Below are positions 30,480-40,533 of a stretch of 58,566 bases of DNA, one piece after another. The notes under the pieces are model-generated. The model was not told where the DNA came from, searched no databases, and saw nothing but the letters and a program-made list of their open reading frames with translations. Position 1 is the first letter of the stretch. Each line of letters opens with the position of its first letter. The position numbers were made by a program, and so were the translations under genes. This stretch comes from Promethearchaeota archaeon (lineage in GTDB: Archaea; Asgardarchaeota; Lokiarchaeia; Sigyniarchaeales; SOKP01), in assembly GCA_004524535.1 (NCBI GenBank), contig SDNY01000005.1, positions 1-58,566 of the forward strand, written 5' to 3'.

Positions 30480-31784
30480 TTGAATAATATTTTATATTTT
30501 CCTACAAGGTATTTTCCAGCAATTTCAGGAGCAGAGTTCTATTTACAAAGAATGGCAGAGATACTTACTTCAAGATATAATTATATCATAGACATTTACA
30601 CCTCGAATGCCGTGGATTTTAAAGCATTAAGGGATCCTCAGGGAAAAATTATAGCAAACAATGAAAAGTATTATAACACAGTGAATAATTTAAAAATTCA
30701 TAGATTTTCAGCAAATTATCATTTGCCATTAAACGAAAAAATAATATTCATCAAAAATCTTGAAGAATTTAAACATATAAACATCTCCGATGAATGTTTA
30801 CAAAAATTTGTTGAAAATGGACCATTTCTTCCAGATTTAATAAATTTTTTTTTAAGAACTCAAAAGCAGTATTACAAGCTTATACATTCTACATTTTTTC
30901 CTTATTTTAATCTTTTAATTAGCTTAATTGTTGGAAGAAATTTTGGAATCCCTACAGTCTGTACACCCTTTTTCCATTTTTCAAATCCCAGATATTTAGA
31001 TAAACCTTTAATTGACATACTTAAAAATTTTGATCTTCTAATCGCTTGTACAAACATAGAAAAAAAGGTATTAAGTAAAACTTATGGGATCCCTGAAAAA
31101 AAAATTGAAGTCATACCTATGGGAGTCGATTATAAAATATTTGATAATATTCATAACACAAAATTAAACGAATTTTATTTTAAAGAGAAATTCTTTAAGG
31201 AAAAAGAAAAAAAATACAAAATGGTTTTATTTTGTGGTTATAAAAACTTTGAAAAAGGGGCAATATCTATTTTAAAATCAATCCCTTTTGTCCTAAGGAA
31301 GTTTAAAAAAGTCTATTTTGTTTTTATTGGTCCTTCTACAATTGCATTCAATAGAGAATTATCAAAAATTCATAAATTAACTAATGCTAAAATTATCAAT
31401 TTTACACCAGATAATCTTACAGGATACTATGATATAAAGAAAATGACCGCATTTAATGAAACTAACGTATATTTAATGCCAAGCCGTAGTGATGCATTTG
31501 GTATTGCTTTTTTGGAAGCTTGGGCAGCAGAAAAACCTGTAATTGGCGCTAATTCTGGTGCAACGCCAGAAGTAATAAAAAATAATATTGATGGTTTCCT
31601 AGTGAAATTTAACGACCCAATTGATATTGCCGAAAAAGTAGTGAAGCTCCTTAAAAATAAAAAATTGAGAAGAAGATTTGGTCTAGCTGGTAAATTAAAA
31701 GTTTTTAAGAATTATACCTGGGATATTGTTGCTGTAAAAACTCATAAAATATATCAAGATTTAATACATGGATATGAGAAATAA
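30480..31784 (+). CDS. GT4-family glycosyltransferase
   Basis: YFPAISGAE, IPMGVD, PSRSDAFGIAFLEAWAAEKPVI. Confidence 0.93.
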   Translation: MNNILYFPTRYFPAISGAEFYLQRMAEILTSRYNYIIDIYTSNAVDFKALRDPQGKIIANNEKYYNTVNNLKIHRFSANYHLPLNEKIIFIKNLEEFKHINISDECLQKFVENGPFLPDLINFFLRTQKQYYKLIHSTFFPYFNLLISLIVGRNFGIPTVCTPFFHFSNPRYLDKPLIDILKNFDLLIACTNIEKKVLSKTYGIPEKKIEVIPMGVDYKIFDNIHNTKLNEFYFKEKFFKEKEKKYKMVLFCGYKNFEKGAISILKSIPFVLRKFKKVYFVFIGPSTIAFNRELSKIHKLTNAKIINFTPDNLTGYYDIKKMTAFNETNVYLMPSRSDAFGIAFLEAWAAEKPVIGANSGATPEVIKNNIDGFLVKFNDPIDIAEKVVKLLKNKKLRRRFGLAGKLKVFKNYTWDIVAVKTHKIYQDLIHGYEK

Positions 31785-33011
31785 ATGAAAATAATTGCTG
31801 GAAATCCTTATTTAAGAAAAGAAGCTGGTAAAGTTTTAATTGATTTAGTGCCTATTGACGATTTTTTAGGAAAATTCGAAACTCCTATTATGATTTTTCT
31901 AGAAAATAAGATAAGAGAAAATCTTTCCGTATTTAAAGATGTTTTTAATTCAATATTTAATAATAAGGAATTTCAAACCTTTTATTCATTAAAAGCAAAT
32001 TATCTCCCCGATATTTGTAAGATTATAAATTCTGAGAGAATTGGAGCTCAAATCGTAGGATTACCAGAACTCAAATTAGCATTAAAAGTTGGTTTTCCTG
32101 CAAATAAAATTATCGTGGGAGGACCATATTTGCCAAAAGATCTTATCGAAAAAAGTATCGAAAGGCAAGTAAAAGAAATTATTGTATATAACTTAAACGA
32201 TTTAGAACACATTAATTCAATTGCTCAAAAATTTGACATAATTCAAGATATCTGTCTAAGAGTAAATTCCAACAAATATAATAGCAAATTGGGTGTTATA
32301 TTAGATAGAAAAAGCCTAAAAATGTTAAGTAATTTAATTAATAAACATAGAAATATAAGAATTACAACTGTTTTATCTCATTATTCTAGTCAAATGAATG
32401 ATTTTGATCAGTACGAGAAAAATATTCAAGCTATTGCAGAAAATATAAAAAATCTGTCAAAAATAAATGTTAAGTGTGAAAACATAAACATGGGAGGAGG
32501 ATTCCCAGAAGCTACTGTGATGCCAAAAAATCGTTTGGAAAATATCGCCATTAATATAAAATCTACAATTGATAATCTGGGTATTGATTATAAAAGTATT
32601 TATTTTGAACCTGGTAGATACATTGTTGGAGATACTGGTTTATTTTTGACTAAGATTATAAAAGTTAGCGAAGATCGGTGGATTTTTTTAAATATTGGAA
32701 ATCATATATGCCCTAAATTTGCAAGATGCTCATTAAGATTTTATAACATATCCCAAATTAATGAACCACACAAATATAAAACATCCATTGCTGGAATTAT
32801 TCCTACTGATCAAGATGTTTTAGCAAAAAATTATTTTTTTACAGAAAATTTAATTGAAGAAGATGTCGTTCTGGTCTCTAATATTGGAGCGTACACTTTA
32901 ACTTTTTCAAATCGATTCCCTTATTCATTGCCTAAGATATTTCTTGTTAAAGGCAATAATTTTAGACAAATTTTTGATCCCTCTATAGACCATGATATTT
33001 CTATTATTTGA
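31785..33011 (+). CDS. fold-type III PLP decarboxylase (LysA/ornithine decarboxylase family, atypical active site)
   Basis: YSLKAN, LRVN...SKLG, NMGGGF, FEPGRYIV, GAYT. Confidence 0.85.
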   Translation: MKIIAGNPYLRKEAGKVLIDLVPIDDFLGKFETPIMIFLENKIRENLSVFKDVFNSIFNNKEFQTFYSLKANYLPDICKIINSERIGAQIVGLPELKLALKVGFPANKIIVGGPYLPKDLIEKSIERQVKEIIVYNLNDLEHINSIAQKFDIIQDICLRVNSNKYNSKLGVILDRKSLKMLSNLINKHRNIRITTVLSHYSSQMNDFDQYEKNIQAIAENIKNLSKINVKCENINMGGGFPEATVMPKNRLENIAINIKSTIDNLGIDYKSIYFEPGRYIVGDTGLFLTKIIKVSEDRWIFLNIGNHICPKFARCSLRFYNISQINEPHKYKTSIAGIIPTDQDVLAKNYFFTENLIEEDVVLVSNIGAYTLTFSNRFPYSLPKIFLVKGNNFRQIFDPSIDHDISII

Positions 33012-33122
33012 AATTCGGTACTTTAACCATTATTAAAGTAATACGCGAATATTACTGTAATATTAATTTCTAATTTTTGTCTTTTTTTATAACATTAAAT
33101 TAAAATATTTAGGTGATTAAGG

Positions 33123-34241
33123 ATAGAAAGCTTCATTAGAACTGCCCGAAAAAGAGAGACACTCCATTCAAGAAGAGAGAATTTAGGCTATGCAAACATT
33201 AAAATTGTAGGTTGTGGAGGTGCTGGAAATAATACAATTGATAGATTAATGAAGATCGGAATTCAAGGAGCTAAATGTGTTGCCATAAATACCGATCAAC
33301 AACATCTTGATATGATAGATTCCCATATAAAAATATTAATTGGCAGGAATTTGACAAGAGGTCTTGGAGCAGGAGGAAATCCTGAGATAGGGAAAGCTGC
33401 GGCAGAAGAATCACGAGAAGAGTTGACTAAAATTTTAAGAGAAACAGATTTAGTATTTATCACTTGTGGCGAAGGTGGTGGAACAGGTACTGGAAGCGCT
33501 CCCATTGTTGCTGAAATAGCAAAACTAGAAGGCGCAATAGTAGTAGGCGTAGTAACCATTCCATTTGAAACCGAAATTGGTCGAATTACGAAAGCAAAAG
33601 AAGGATTAAACTTATTGAAACAATATGCTGATACATTAGTCGTAATAGATAATAATCGTTTATTAGAAATTGCTCCAAATTTACCAATTTTAGAAGCTTT
33701 TAGTGTATCTGACGAAGTTTTAGCGAGTATGGTAAAGGGTATTACTGAAACTATTTCATTGCCATCTTTAATTAATTTAGACTTTGCTGATGTTAGAACC
33801 ATCTTAAGTACTGGTGGTGTCGCTATCGTCGGAGTTGGTGAAAGTAATGGTACAGAAAATCGTGTAGACGAAGCTATTGATGATGCTCTTAATTTACCAT
33901 TATTAGATGTATCAATCAATGGTGCTAAAGGAGCATTAATACATGTTTGTGGAGGAAATGATATGACATTGGCAGAGGCTAATTCGGTAGCAAGAAGAAT
34001 ATATGAAAAAATGGATGTTAATGACTCCATGGTAATTTGGGGAGCACGGGTTTCCGATGAATTCAATGGTTATTTAAGAGTCATGTTATTAATAACTGGA
34101 ATATCATCACCACAAATTTTCGGTATTAACTCTGAGAACGTATCAAATTTCAATTCAAATCTGCCAGGAAATAAGACTGAACTTAATTCAACAAAATTAT
34201 CTGATGACATATTTGACATTCGCGAAATCACTTTCGATTAA
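33123..34241 (+). CDS. ftsZ: cell division protein FtsZ (probable ATA start)
   Basis: IKIVGCGGAGNNT lies upstream of the listed ATG; AINTD, GGGTGTG, INLDFADV. Confidence 0.96.
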   Translation: MESFIRTARKRETLHSRRENLGYANIKIVGCGGAGNNTIDRLMKIGIQGAKCVAINTDQQHLDMIDSHIKILIGRNLTRGLGAGGNPEIGKAAAEESREELTKILRETDLVFITCGEGGGTGTGSAPIVAEIAKLEGAIVVGVVTIPFETEIGRITKAKEGLNLLKQYADTLVVIDNNRLLEIAPNLPILEAFSVSDEVLASMVKGITETISLPSLINLDFADVRTILSTGGVAIVGVGESNGTENRVDEAIDDALNLPLLDVSINGAKGALIHVCGGNDMTLAEANSVARRIYEKMDVNDSMVIWGARVSDEFNGYLRVMLLITGISSPQIFGINSENVSNFNSNLPGNKTELNSTKLSDDIFDIREITFD

Positions 34242-34290
34242 CTTGATAAAAATTTGTTGATTTTTTATACTTTTTTATCAATTAAGCTAT

Positions 34291-34656
34291 ATGGAAAATA
34301 AATATTCTCTTGAAACTCAAGTTGAAATTGAAAATATTTTAAAAGAATTTCAGTTTAAAAACTTATTTTACATAAAATATGAGTTTTTTTTTGATGGATG
34401 GGCAATATTTTTGAAAGAAAAAGCACTTTATCCTCGCAGTATTATAGTTTTTAAATCTTATACCAAGGACTCTTTCACTATTAAAAGCTTTGAGATTTCT
34501 CTTGATACTCATAAAGAGGAAAAATATAAACAAATATATGTTGTAGAGGATATTTTAAATATTGCTGATTTAAGAAAAGAATTAAATGAGATTATCTATG
34601 GAAAGGATTTAATAAATTATACATCTAAAAAATATTATAATTATTTTGATAAATAA
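34291..34656 (+). CDS. hypothetical protein A, copy 1 of 3
   Basis: 121 aa; near-identical copies at ~35522-35881 and ~36900-37268. Confidence 0.75.
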   Translation: MENKYSLETQVEIENILKEFQFKNLFYIKYEFFFDGWAIFLKEKALYPRSIIVFKSYTKDSFTIKSFEISLDTHKEEKYKQIYVVEDILNIADLRKELNEIIYGKDLINYTSKKYYNYFDK

Positions 34657-34709
34657 ATGTTAAAATTCAGGTTTGTAAAATTGTCTGAATTTTTTTGATT
34701 TGAAGATAA

Positions 34710-35432
34710 ATGAACGTAATTAAAAAAAATGAAGATTATGTTATTTTAAAACTTCATTGGTTTGAAAAATATTATGGATATATCCTAATGTTTTTATCTG
34801 TTTTTCTACCAGAAGTTATTTTTTTTCTTATATTAGGGTTTTTCTTAAAAAAAAATCTATTTTATATTTTCTTAATGGGTTCTTTAATACTATTACAATT
34901 ATTTCTCATTTTTTCTTATAAATATTTTATAGAAATAAATTTTGAAAAAGAACAAGTATTCACTTATGTAAAAATTCTTGGAATAAAAATAGATTTAATT
35001 AACTGTTCAATTTATGATATAAGTTCATTGGTCTCAGTTTTAGAAATTTCAAGGCAAGGAATAATTTGTAAAATTAGTATGCAGACTAAAGCGGGTATTT
35101 TAAGCTATGTAAAAAAACCTTTATTAAAATTAGCAAGTTTAAGTAGGAGGTCTCGTAAATTTTATGAGTATTATATCGATTTTTACAACATTTTAATTGT
35201 AAAAGTGTTAAAAGAGAAAGGATACAATATTAGATCAAATTTAATAAATCTTCAATCTTTATTAATTGATGTAAATTTTGATAATCTGAAGAAATTATCG
35301 AAAGAACATTCCAGTTCAAAGCAATTTCCCTTAGATGTACTTGTTTGTTTTCATATTTTTTTTTCGATCACAATCTGGATATTTTTTATAATTTTAATTA
35401 TTATAAAATATTTATCGATCTTATTTCTTTAA
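34710..35432 (+). CDS. membrane protein B, copy 1
   Basis: Two TM helices, soluble domain, C-terminal TM; paralog at 35935. Confidence 0.75.
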   Translation: MNVIKKNEDYVILKLHWFEKYYGYILMFLSVFLPEVIFFLILGFFLKKNLFYIFLMGSLILLQLFLIFSYKYFIEINFEKEQVFTYVKILGIKIDLINCSIYDISSLVSVLEISRQGIICKISMQTKAGILSYVKKPLLKLASLSRRSRKFYEYYIDFYNILIVKVLKEKGYNIRSNLINLQSLLIDVNFDNLKKLSKEHSSSKQFPLDVLVCFHIFFSITIWIFFIILIIIKYLSILFL

Positions 35433-35521
35433 TTTGATAACCTCGCAAAAGTATTTTAATTAATATTTTAATTTCGCTTTTATATTTAACTCAAGACTAT
35501 TTTACAGTAAATGCTAAAAGA

Positions 35522-35881
35522 AATAAATATTCTCTTGAAACTCAAGTTGAAATTGAAAATATTTTAAAAGAATTTCAATTTAAAAACTTATTTTACATAA
35601 AATATGAGTTTTTTTTTGATGGATGGGCAATATTTTTGAAAGAAAAAGCACTTTATCCTCGTAGTATTATAATTTTTAAATCTTATACCAAGGACTCTTT
35701 CACTATTAAAAGCTTTGAGATTTATCTTGATAATCATAAAGAGGAAAAATATAAACAAATATATGTTGTAGAGGATCTTTTAAATATTGCTGATTTAATA
35801 AAAGAATTAAATGAGATTATCTATGGAAAGGATTTAATAAATTATACAAATAAAAAATATTATAATTATTTTGATAAATAA
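35522..35881 (+). pseudogene. protein A copy 2, lacking its original start codon
   Basis: Identity begins at codon 3 (NKYSLETQ); no nearby upstream in-frame ATG. Confidence 0.55.
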
Positions 35882-35934
35882 ATGTTAAAATTCAGGTTTG
35901 TAAAATTGTCTGAATTTTTTTGATTTGAAGATAA

Positions 35935-36651
35935 ATGAACGTAATTAAACAAAATGAAGATTATGTTATTTTAAAACTTCATTGGTTTGAAAAATATTAC
36001 GGGCATATCTTATATTTTTTATTTTATTTTTTACCAGAAGTAATTTTTTTATTTGCTTTAGGGTATTACTTAAAAAACCCCTTGTTTTACATTCTCTTAA
36101 TATGTTCTTTATTATTGTTTCAACTATTACTCCTTTTTTCTTATAAATATTTTATAGAAATAAATTTTGAAAAAGAACAAGTATTCACTTATGTAAAAAT
36201 TCTTGGAATAAAAATAGATTTAATTAATTATTCAATTTATGATATTATATCATTAGTCTCAGTTATTAAAATTTCAAAGCTGGGAATAATCTGTAGAATT
36301 GAAATTAAGACTAAAAAAGGGTATGTAAAAAAACCTTTATTGGAATTACAAAGTTTTAGTAGAAGATCTCGTAAATTTTATGAATATTATATCGATTTTT
36401 TTAATATCCTAATTGTAAAAGCGTTAAAAGAAAAAGGATATAATATTAGATCAAATTTATTAAATTTTCAAACTTCATTAATTGATGTAAATTTTAATAA
36501 TCTGAAGAAATTATCGAAAGAACATTCCAATTCAAAACAATTTCCCTTAGATTTAGTCGTTTGTTTTATCATTTTTCCGATTGCAATCTATATATTTTTT
36601 ATAATTTTAATTATTATAAAATATTTATCGGATCTTATTTCTTTAATTTGA
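35935..36651 (+). CDS. membrane protein B, copy 2 (diverged)
   Basis: Paralog of 34710-35432; substitutions cluster in the TM segments and a central loop. Confidence 0.75.
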   Translation: MNVIKQNEDYVILKLHWFEKYYGHILYFLFYFLPEVIFLFALGYYLKNPLFYILLICSLLLFQLLLLFSYKYFIEINFEKEQVFTYVKILGIKIDLINYSIYDIISLVSVIKISKLGIICRIEIKTKKGYVKKPLLELQSFSRRSRKFYEYYIDFFNILIVKALKEKGYNIRSNLLNFQTSLIDVNFNNLKKLSKEHSNSKQFPLDLVVCFIIFPIAIYIFFIILIIIKYLSDLISLI

Positions 36652-36886
36652 TAACCTCGCAAAAGTATTTTAAAACAGTATTAAATAAATGAGGGTAATT
36701 TTTTTTGATATTTGAAATATTACGGTAATTTTTCTGAATTAATCTTTTATTAGTTATAATATCTATTTCAGTGTAGTTTTTTAAATCTCTCGTTTTCATT
36801 TTCAGAGCTTTTGAACGTTTATATCTTTCTTTTAAAATTAGCCTATTAAAAGATATGATTAAATAAAATTCGATGAGTATGGACAA
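36635..36886 (-). CDS. hypothetical ORF C (possibly a gene fragment)
   Basis: 83 aa; its last ~40 bp also follow B copy 1. Confidence 0.3.
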   Translation of the reverse strand: MSILIEFYLIISFNRLILKERYKRSKALKMKTRDLKNYTEIDIITNKRLIQKNYRNISNIKKNYPHLFNTVLKYFCEVIKLKK

Positions 36887-36899
36887 TGTAAAATATATT

Positions 36900-37268
36900 A
36901 TGGTCTCAAATAAATATTCTCTTGAAACTCAAGTTGAAATTGAAAATATTTTAAAAGAATTTCAGTTTAAAAACTTATTTTACATAAAATATGAGTTTTT
37001 TTTTGATGGATGGGCAATATTTTTGAAAGAAAAAGCACTTTATCCTCGTAGTATTATAATCTTTAAATCTTATAACAAGGATTCTTTTACTATTAAAAGC
37101 TTTGAGATTTATCTTGATAATCATAAAGAGGAAAAATATAAACAAATATATATTGTAGAGGATATAATAAATATTGCTGATTTAAGAAAAGAATTAAATG
37201 AGATTATCTATGGAAAGGATTTAATAAATTATACAAATAAAAAATATTATAATTATTTTGATAAATAA
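36900..37268 (+). CDS. hypothetical protein A, copy 3 (new N-terminus MVS)
   Basis: ATG GTC TCA joined to NKYSLETQ. Confidence 0.7.
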   Translation: MVSNKYSLETQVEIENILKEFQFKNLFYIKYEFFFDGWAIFLKEKALYPRSIIIFKSYNKDSFTIKSFEIYLDNHKEEKYKQIYIVEDIINIADLRKELNEIIYGKDLINYTNKKYYNYFDK

Positions 37269-37271
37269 ATG

Positions 37272-37829
37272 TTAAAATTCAGGTTTATAAAATTGTCTGA
37301 ATTTCTCTTTTTTTTTCTCTAAATATTTGTTTTCTAAAAATTTTATTACAACATGATGCGGCATACCATTTATTAACATACTAACTGCTTTTCTTGCAAT
37401 TTGTAAATTTTCATAATCAGCTATGATTGAAACTGTTTTTCCATAAACGGAAATATAAGATTCACCAAATTTTTCGATTGTCTTTCGCATCTCTCCATCT
37501 CTACCAATTATTCGACCTTTTATCCGTTTTATTCGTTTATCTGATTTTCCCAAAATTGTTAAAAGGTTAAAAACTTCAAGCTCATAAGTATCTTCCATTA
37601 ATTTCATAGCTTTAATTGGATTAAATCCCCTATTTATTGCATTAACTACTTTTTGAGCCGTGTAAATATTTAATGGATTATAATTAGGATTATTCAATTC
37701 TGGGTTTATATCACAATCTCCCGTTTTACTATCTAAATCTATTTTTACGCCTAATTTCCTTTCAATTTCTTCTTTTGTTTTCCCATTTTTCCCAATTATT
37801 ACAGCAATCCTATTTTTTCCAATTTTCAT
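37272..37829 (-). CDS. pno1: KH-domain ribosome biogenesis protein Pno1/Dim2
   Basis: RIAVIIGKNG, AINRGF, RIKGRIIGRDG; next to rio1. Confidence 0.93.
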   Translation of the reverse strand: MKIGKNRIAVIIGKNGKTKEEIERKLGVKIDLDSKTGDCDINPELNNPNYNPLNIYTAQKVVNAINRGFNPIKAMKLMEDTYELEVFNLLTILGKSDKRIKRIKGRIIGRDGEMRKTIEKFGESYISVYGKTVSIIADYENLQIARKAVSMLINGMPHHVVIKFLENKYLEKKKEKFRQFYKPEF

Positions 37830-37921
37830 AGCTCTAAATATTTAACTTTTACGAGTAAATATAGATTTATAATTTTTTAAGAATCAAGCTTATTTGATTT
37901 TTTTGTTTTTCCATTTTATTT

Positions 37922-38764
37922 CTATAAATTAATGACATCATAGTAGAATTTTCTGGGATCTGGCATCTCTATCCCTAATCTTTCAAAATAATTAAATATA
38001 TTTTTAATATCTCTGACTAAATAAACTTCAGCTTTCGGATGTTGAATGGAAACCGCTTGAGAAACATCAATTACTATAGGTTTTTGGTTATGATATAAAA
38101 TATTAAATTCTGATAAATCCCCATGAACCAATTTAGCTTTCTGATATAATCTTTTAATAAACATTAATATTTCATTAAATAAAAGAATCTTATCTTTAGG
38201 ATTTTTAATATCTTTTAATAAAGGAGCTGGAATAGCCTCAAAACCAATATATTCCATTATTAAAATGTTATTTTTAATATAAAACGGTTCTGGTACGCTT
38301 AAACCAGCTTTAAAGGCTCTTTTAAGATTTTTATACTCTTTACTTGCCCACAAATTAATTATTTTCATAACATTATGCGGAATTTTTTTGAATCTTGGAT
38401 CTCCTATAATATAATTTCTCATCCATTTTGAAGTGTTGCTATCAATTTTATAAATTTTTACTGCAACTTCTTTACTTTCTTGATCGTAAGCTAGATATAC
38501 ATTTGCTTCTTTTCCAGCTGAAATTATGCCCTCTATTTTCTCTAAAGGTCCATTTGTTAATATTTTATTTAATTGGAAAACCGTGCGTTCATCAAAAACA
38601 GATTCAATGACCGCTCTTTTTTTCGTTTTGTCAGTCTTTTTAATTCTTTTGTTATCTATTTTTTTTTTTTCCAAATCATCTATGCTTGAATCCATTTTCT
38701 CATTTGATTTATTGTTTAATTCTTCCTCTAAATCGTCGTCTACGCTGAACTCGTTGTTCTCCAA
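37922..38764 (-). CDS. rio1: RIO1 serine/threonine kinase
   Basis: ISAGKEANVY, AVKIYK, GDPRF, WASKEYKNL, LVHGDLSEFNIL, IDVSQ. Confidence 0.96.
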   Translation of the reverse strand: MENNEFSVDDDLEEELNNKSNEKMDSSIDDLEKKKIDNKRIKKTDKTKKRAVIESVFDERTVFQLNKILTNGPLEKIEGIISAGKEANVYLAYDQESKEVAVKIYKIDSNTSKWMRNYIIGDPRFKKIPHNVMKIINLWASKEYKNLKRAFKAGLSVPEPFYIKNNILIMEYIGFEAIPAPLLKDIKNPKDKILLFNEILMFIKRLYQKAKLVHGDLSEFNILYHNQKPIVIDVSQAVSIQHPKAEVYLVRDIKNIFNYFERLGIEMPDPRKFYYDVINL

Positions 38765-39691
38765 TTATTTTTCATCCAATTTTTTTTTAATTATAATCTT
38801 ATCCCTAAAAAAATAAGAGTATTCCTTTATTAATTTGGTACCTTGTTCACTTCGAAGTAAAACTTTATTTTTAGATAAATTCTCAACATTATATTTCTTA
38901 TTATCAATTAAAACTGAGTCGTTTTTATTTATTGGTAAGAATTTTATTAGACTTTTCAATCTATAAAGATTCCTCCCTTTCTGAGAATCGCGTCCTACTA
39001 ATTTTTTTGATCTTTTCAATAAAAAGTGGTAATTATGTTTTAAAAAATTTATAATATAGTTCATAAGTTCATTCGTGCTCAAATAAAGATCAACACCAAA
39101 TTTTTGATCTTCAATCTTTGAAATATAATGCCTACGATCTTTCTCGTTTAATTTCTCCACATATATATGAACATTATCTAAAACTTCACTTATTAAACTA
39201 AAATAAGATTCATTTATTACTCGCAATTGGATAATTGATAAGAAATACGTACCTCCTCTTAAATTTGAACAATTTTTACATAAATCATAATTTATATCGA
39301 TATTAATTTTTTCTTCATTAGTTACCTTTTTATCACTTATTAGAGTACCCCTTACCGTTGAGATAAGAGAATTCAATAAACCGCTTGAAGAATAAATAAA
39401 ACTCTCCTGATCGAAAAAAATAGAGAAATTTATATTATTTTTTTTAAAATTTGGTTTTAAAATAAATCTTCTAATTGAATCCTCAATAATAAAGTAAAGA
39501 TCATTAATATCTGGTTCGATCCATGTATTTTTTTTAGAATAACTCCCACAATCAAGGCAAATTTTAATGGATAAGTTCTCAGGCAATTTAAATAAAGGAT
39601 GTTCCATCAAATAACATTTAAAACACATTCTATAATTGGGTGCAAATTCATCAAGTACCTTTCCGCATATCGCACAAAATCTATTTGGCAT
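38765..39691 (-). CDS. nmd3: NMD3-family protein
   Basis: Four CxxC pairs, SIIQLR, GVDLY, KLVGRD. Confidence 0.92.
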   Translation of the reverse strand: MPNRFCAICGKVLDEFAPNYRMCFKCYLMEHPLFKLPENLSIKICLDCGSYSKKNTWIEPDINDLYFIIEDSIRRFILKPNFKKNNINFSIFFDQESFIYSSSGLLNSLISTVRGTLISDKKVTNEEKINIDINYDLCKNCSNLRGGTYFLSIIQLRVINESYFSLISEVLDNVHIYVEKLNEKDRRHYISKIEDQKFGVDLYLSTNELMNYIINFLKHNYHFLLKRSKKLVGRDSQKGRNLYRLKSLIKFLPINKNDSVLIDNKKYNVENLSKNKVLLRSEQGTKLIKEYSYFFRDKIIIKKKLDEK

Positions 39692-39987
39692 TAAAACATC
39701 ATCTTCATTGCCATTGGAACACCATTAATAAAACGAATGCCTTCTTTAGGGAGAATATGGCAATCAATAACTTTATTTATAATATTTTCACCAACTATAT
39801 TAAAATATGACGATTGTTTTAGAATATCAATAGCATCATCAAGATTTACTAGATTTCCTCCAAAGAATTGATTAGATATTTCAATTTTTAAATTACCTTC
39901 TCTAAAAACTTGATTTAATAAATCTTCATCGCAAACGGCCACTGTTTCAATTTCATTTCTAATATGAATCTTTAAAAATACTTTCAT
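39691..39987 (-). CDS. DUF424 family protein
   Basis: VAVCDEDLL, FFGG, NIVGE, INGVP. Confidence 0.88.
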   Translation of the reverse strand: MKVFLKIHIRNEIETVAVCDEDLLNQVFREGNLKIEISNQFFGGNLVNLDDAIDILKQSSYFNIVGENIINKVIDCHILPKEGIRFINGVPMAMKMMF

Positions 39988-40023
39988 TTTATTCTAATAA
40001 ACCCAATCTTACTATTATTATAA

Positions 40024-40449
40024 TTATTTCTCTTTAATTTCTAGTCTTGCACCACATGCTCCACATTTAAGGAATAATTTTTTACCTTCTCTTTGAATTT
40101 CTGTGTCAGGCTTATTACAAACATTGCATAAAACATAATTCTTAGTATAATCTTCAATTAATCGATTTAATACTTGTTCCTTATAGATACTTTTTAAAAA
40201 TAATTGTTGCCCTCGTATTTCACCCATAGTTCCTGCTTTTTTTAAAAAAATTCCTAAGAAATGTCTTGCATCTCTATTTAGTGTGTTGATGATTTTAGAA
40301 AAATTAACTATAAATGTATTTTTACTTTCGATTCGAAGAACTACCTTAGGAATTTCGAATCTCGAAGATTTCTTTGCATTCTCGGGAATTTTTTTATAAG
40401 CCCTATCTAACAGTTTTTCATAATCGTATAGATCCATTATCGACTCCAT
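40024..40449 (-). CDS. eif2b: translation initiation factor 2 beta subunit
   Basis: YEKLLDRAY, RFEIP, YVLCNVCNKPDT, CGACGA. Confidence 0.96.
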   Translation of the reverse strand: MESIMDLYDYEKLLDRAYKKIPENAKKSSRFEIPKVVLRIESKNTFIVNFSKIINTLNRDARHFLGIFLKKAGTMGEIRGQQLFLKSIYKEQVLNRLIEDYTKNYVLCNVCNKPDTEIQREGKKLFLKCGACGARLEIKEK

Positions 40450-40533
40450 TTTTCCATTTTCTATATAAAATAATAATAATTCTTAAGAAAAATATTTTTA
40501 CAATTTTATTAGGAGAATTTTAAAAAAAACCTA

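Larger units (their letters stand above)
34296..37303 (+). repeat. tandem array A-B-A-B-C-A built on three ~400-bp direct repeats (gene A plus the 3' end of pno1)
   Basis: AAATAAATATTCTCTTGAAACTC...ATGTTAAAATTCAGGTTT(G/A)TAAAATTGTCTGAATTT at ~34296-34693, ~35521-35918, ~36908-37303. Confidence 0.92.

Noticed and set aside
33296-34066. 256-aa ORF antisense to ftsZ, and similar shadow ORFs on ths, rpa1, mfnB, proC, the aldolase, arsA and others
   Set aside because: Codon-mirror artefacts opposite well-conserved genes
34291-37303. CRISPR array or insertion sequence as the explanation for the repeats
   Set aside because: Repeats are gene-sized; no spacers, cas genes, transposase or terminal inverted repeats were seen in the window
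37830-37865. Possible BHB intron at the pno1 5' end (in-frame TAA within a small palindrome)
   Set aside because: No convincing 4-bp central helix with two 3-nt bulges, and the protein is essentially complete from ATG 37829
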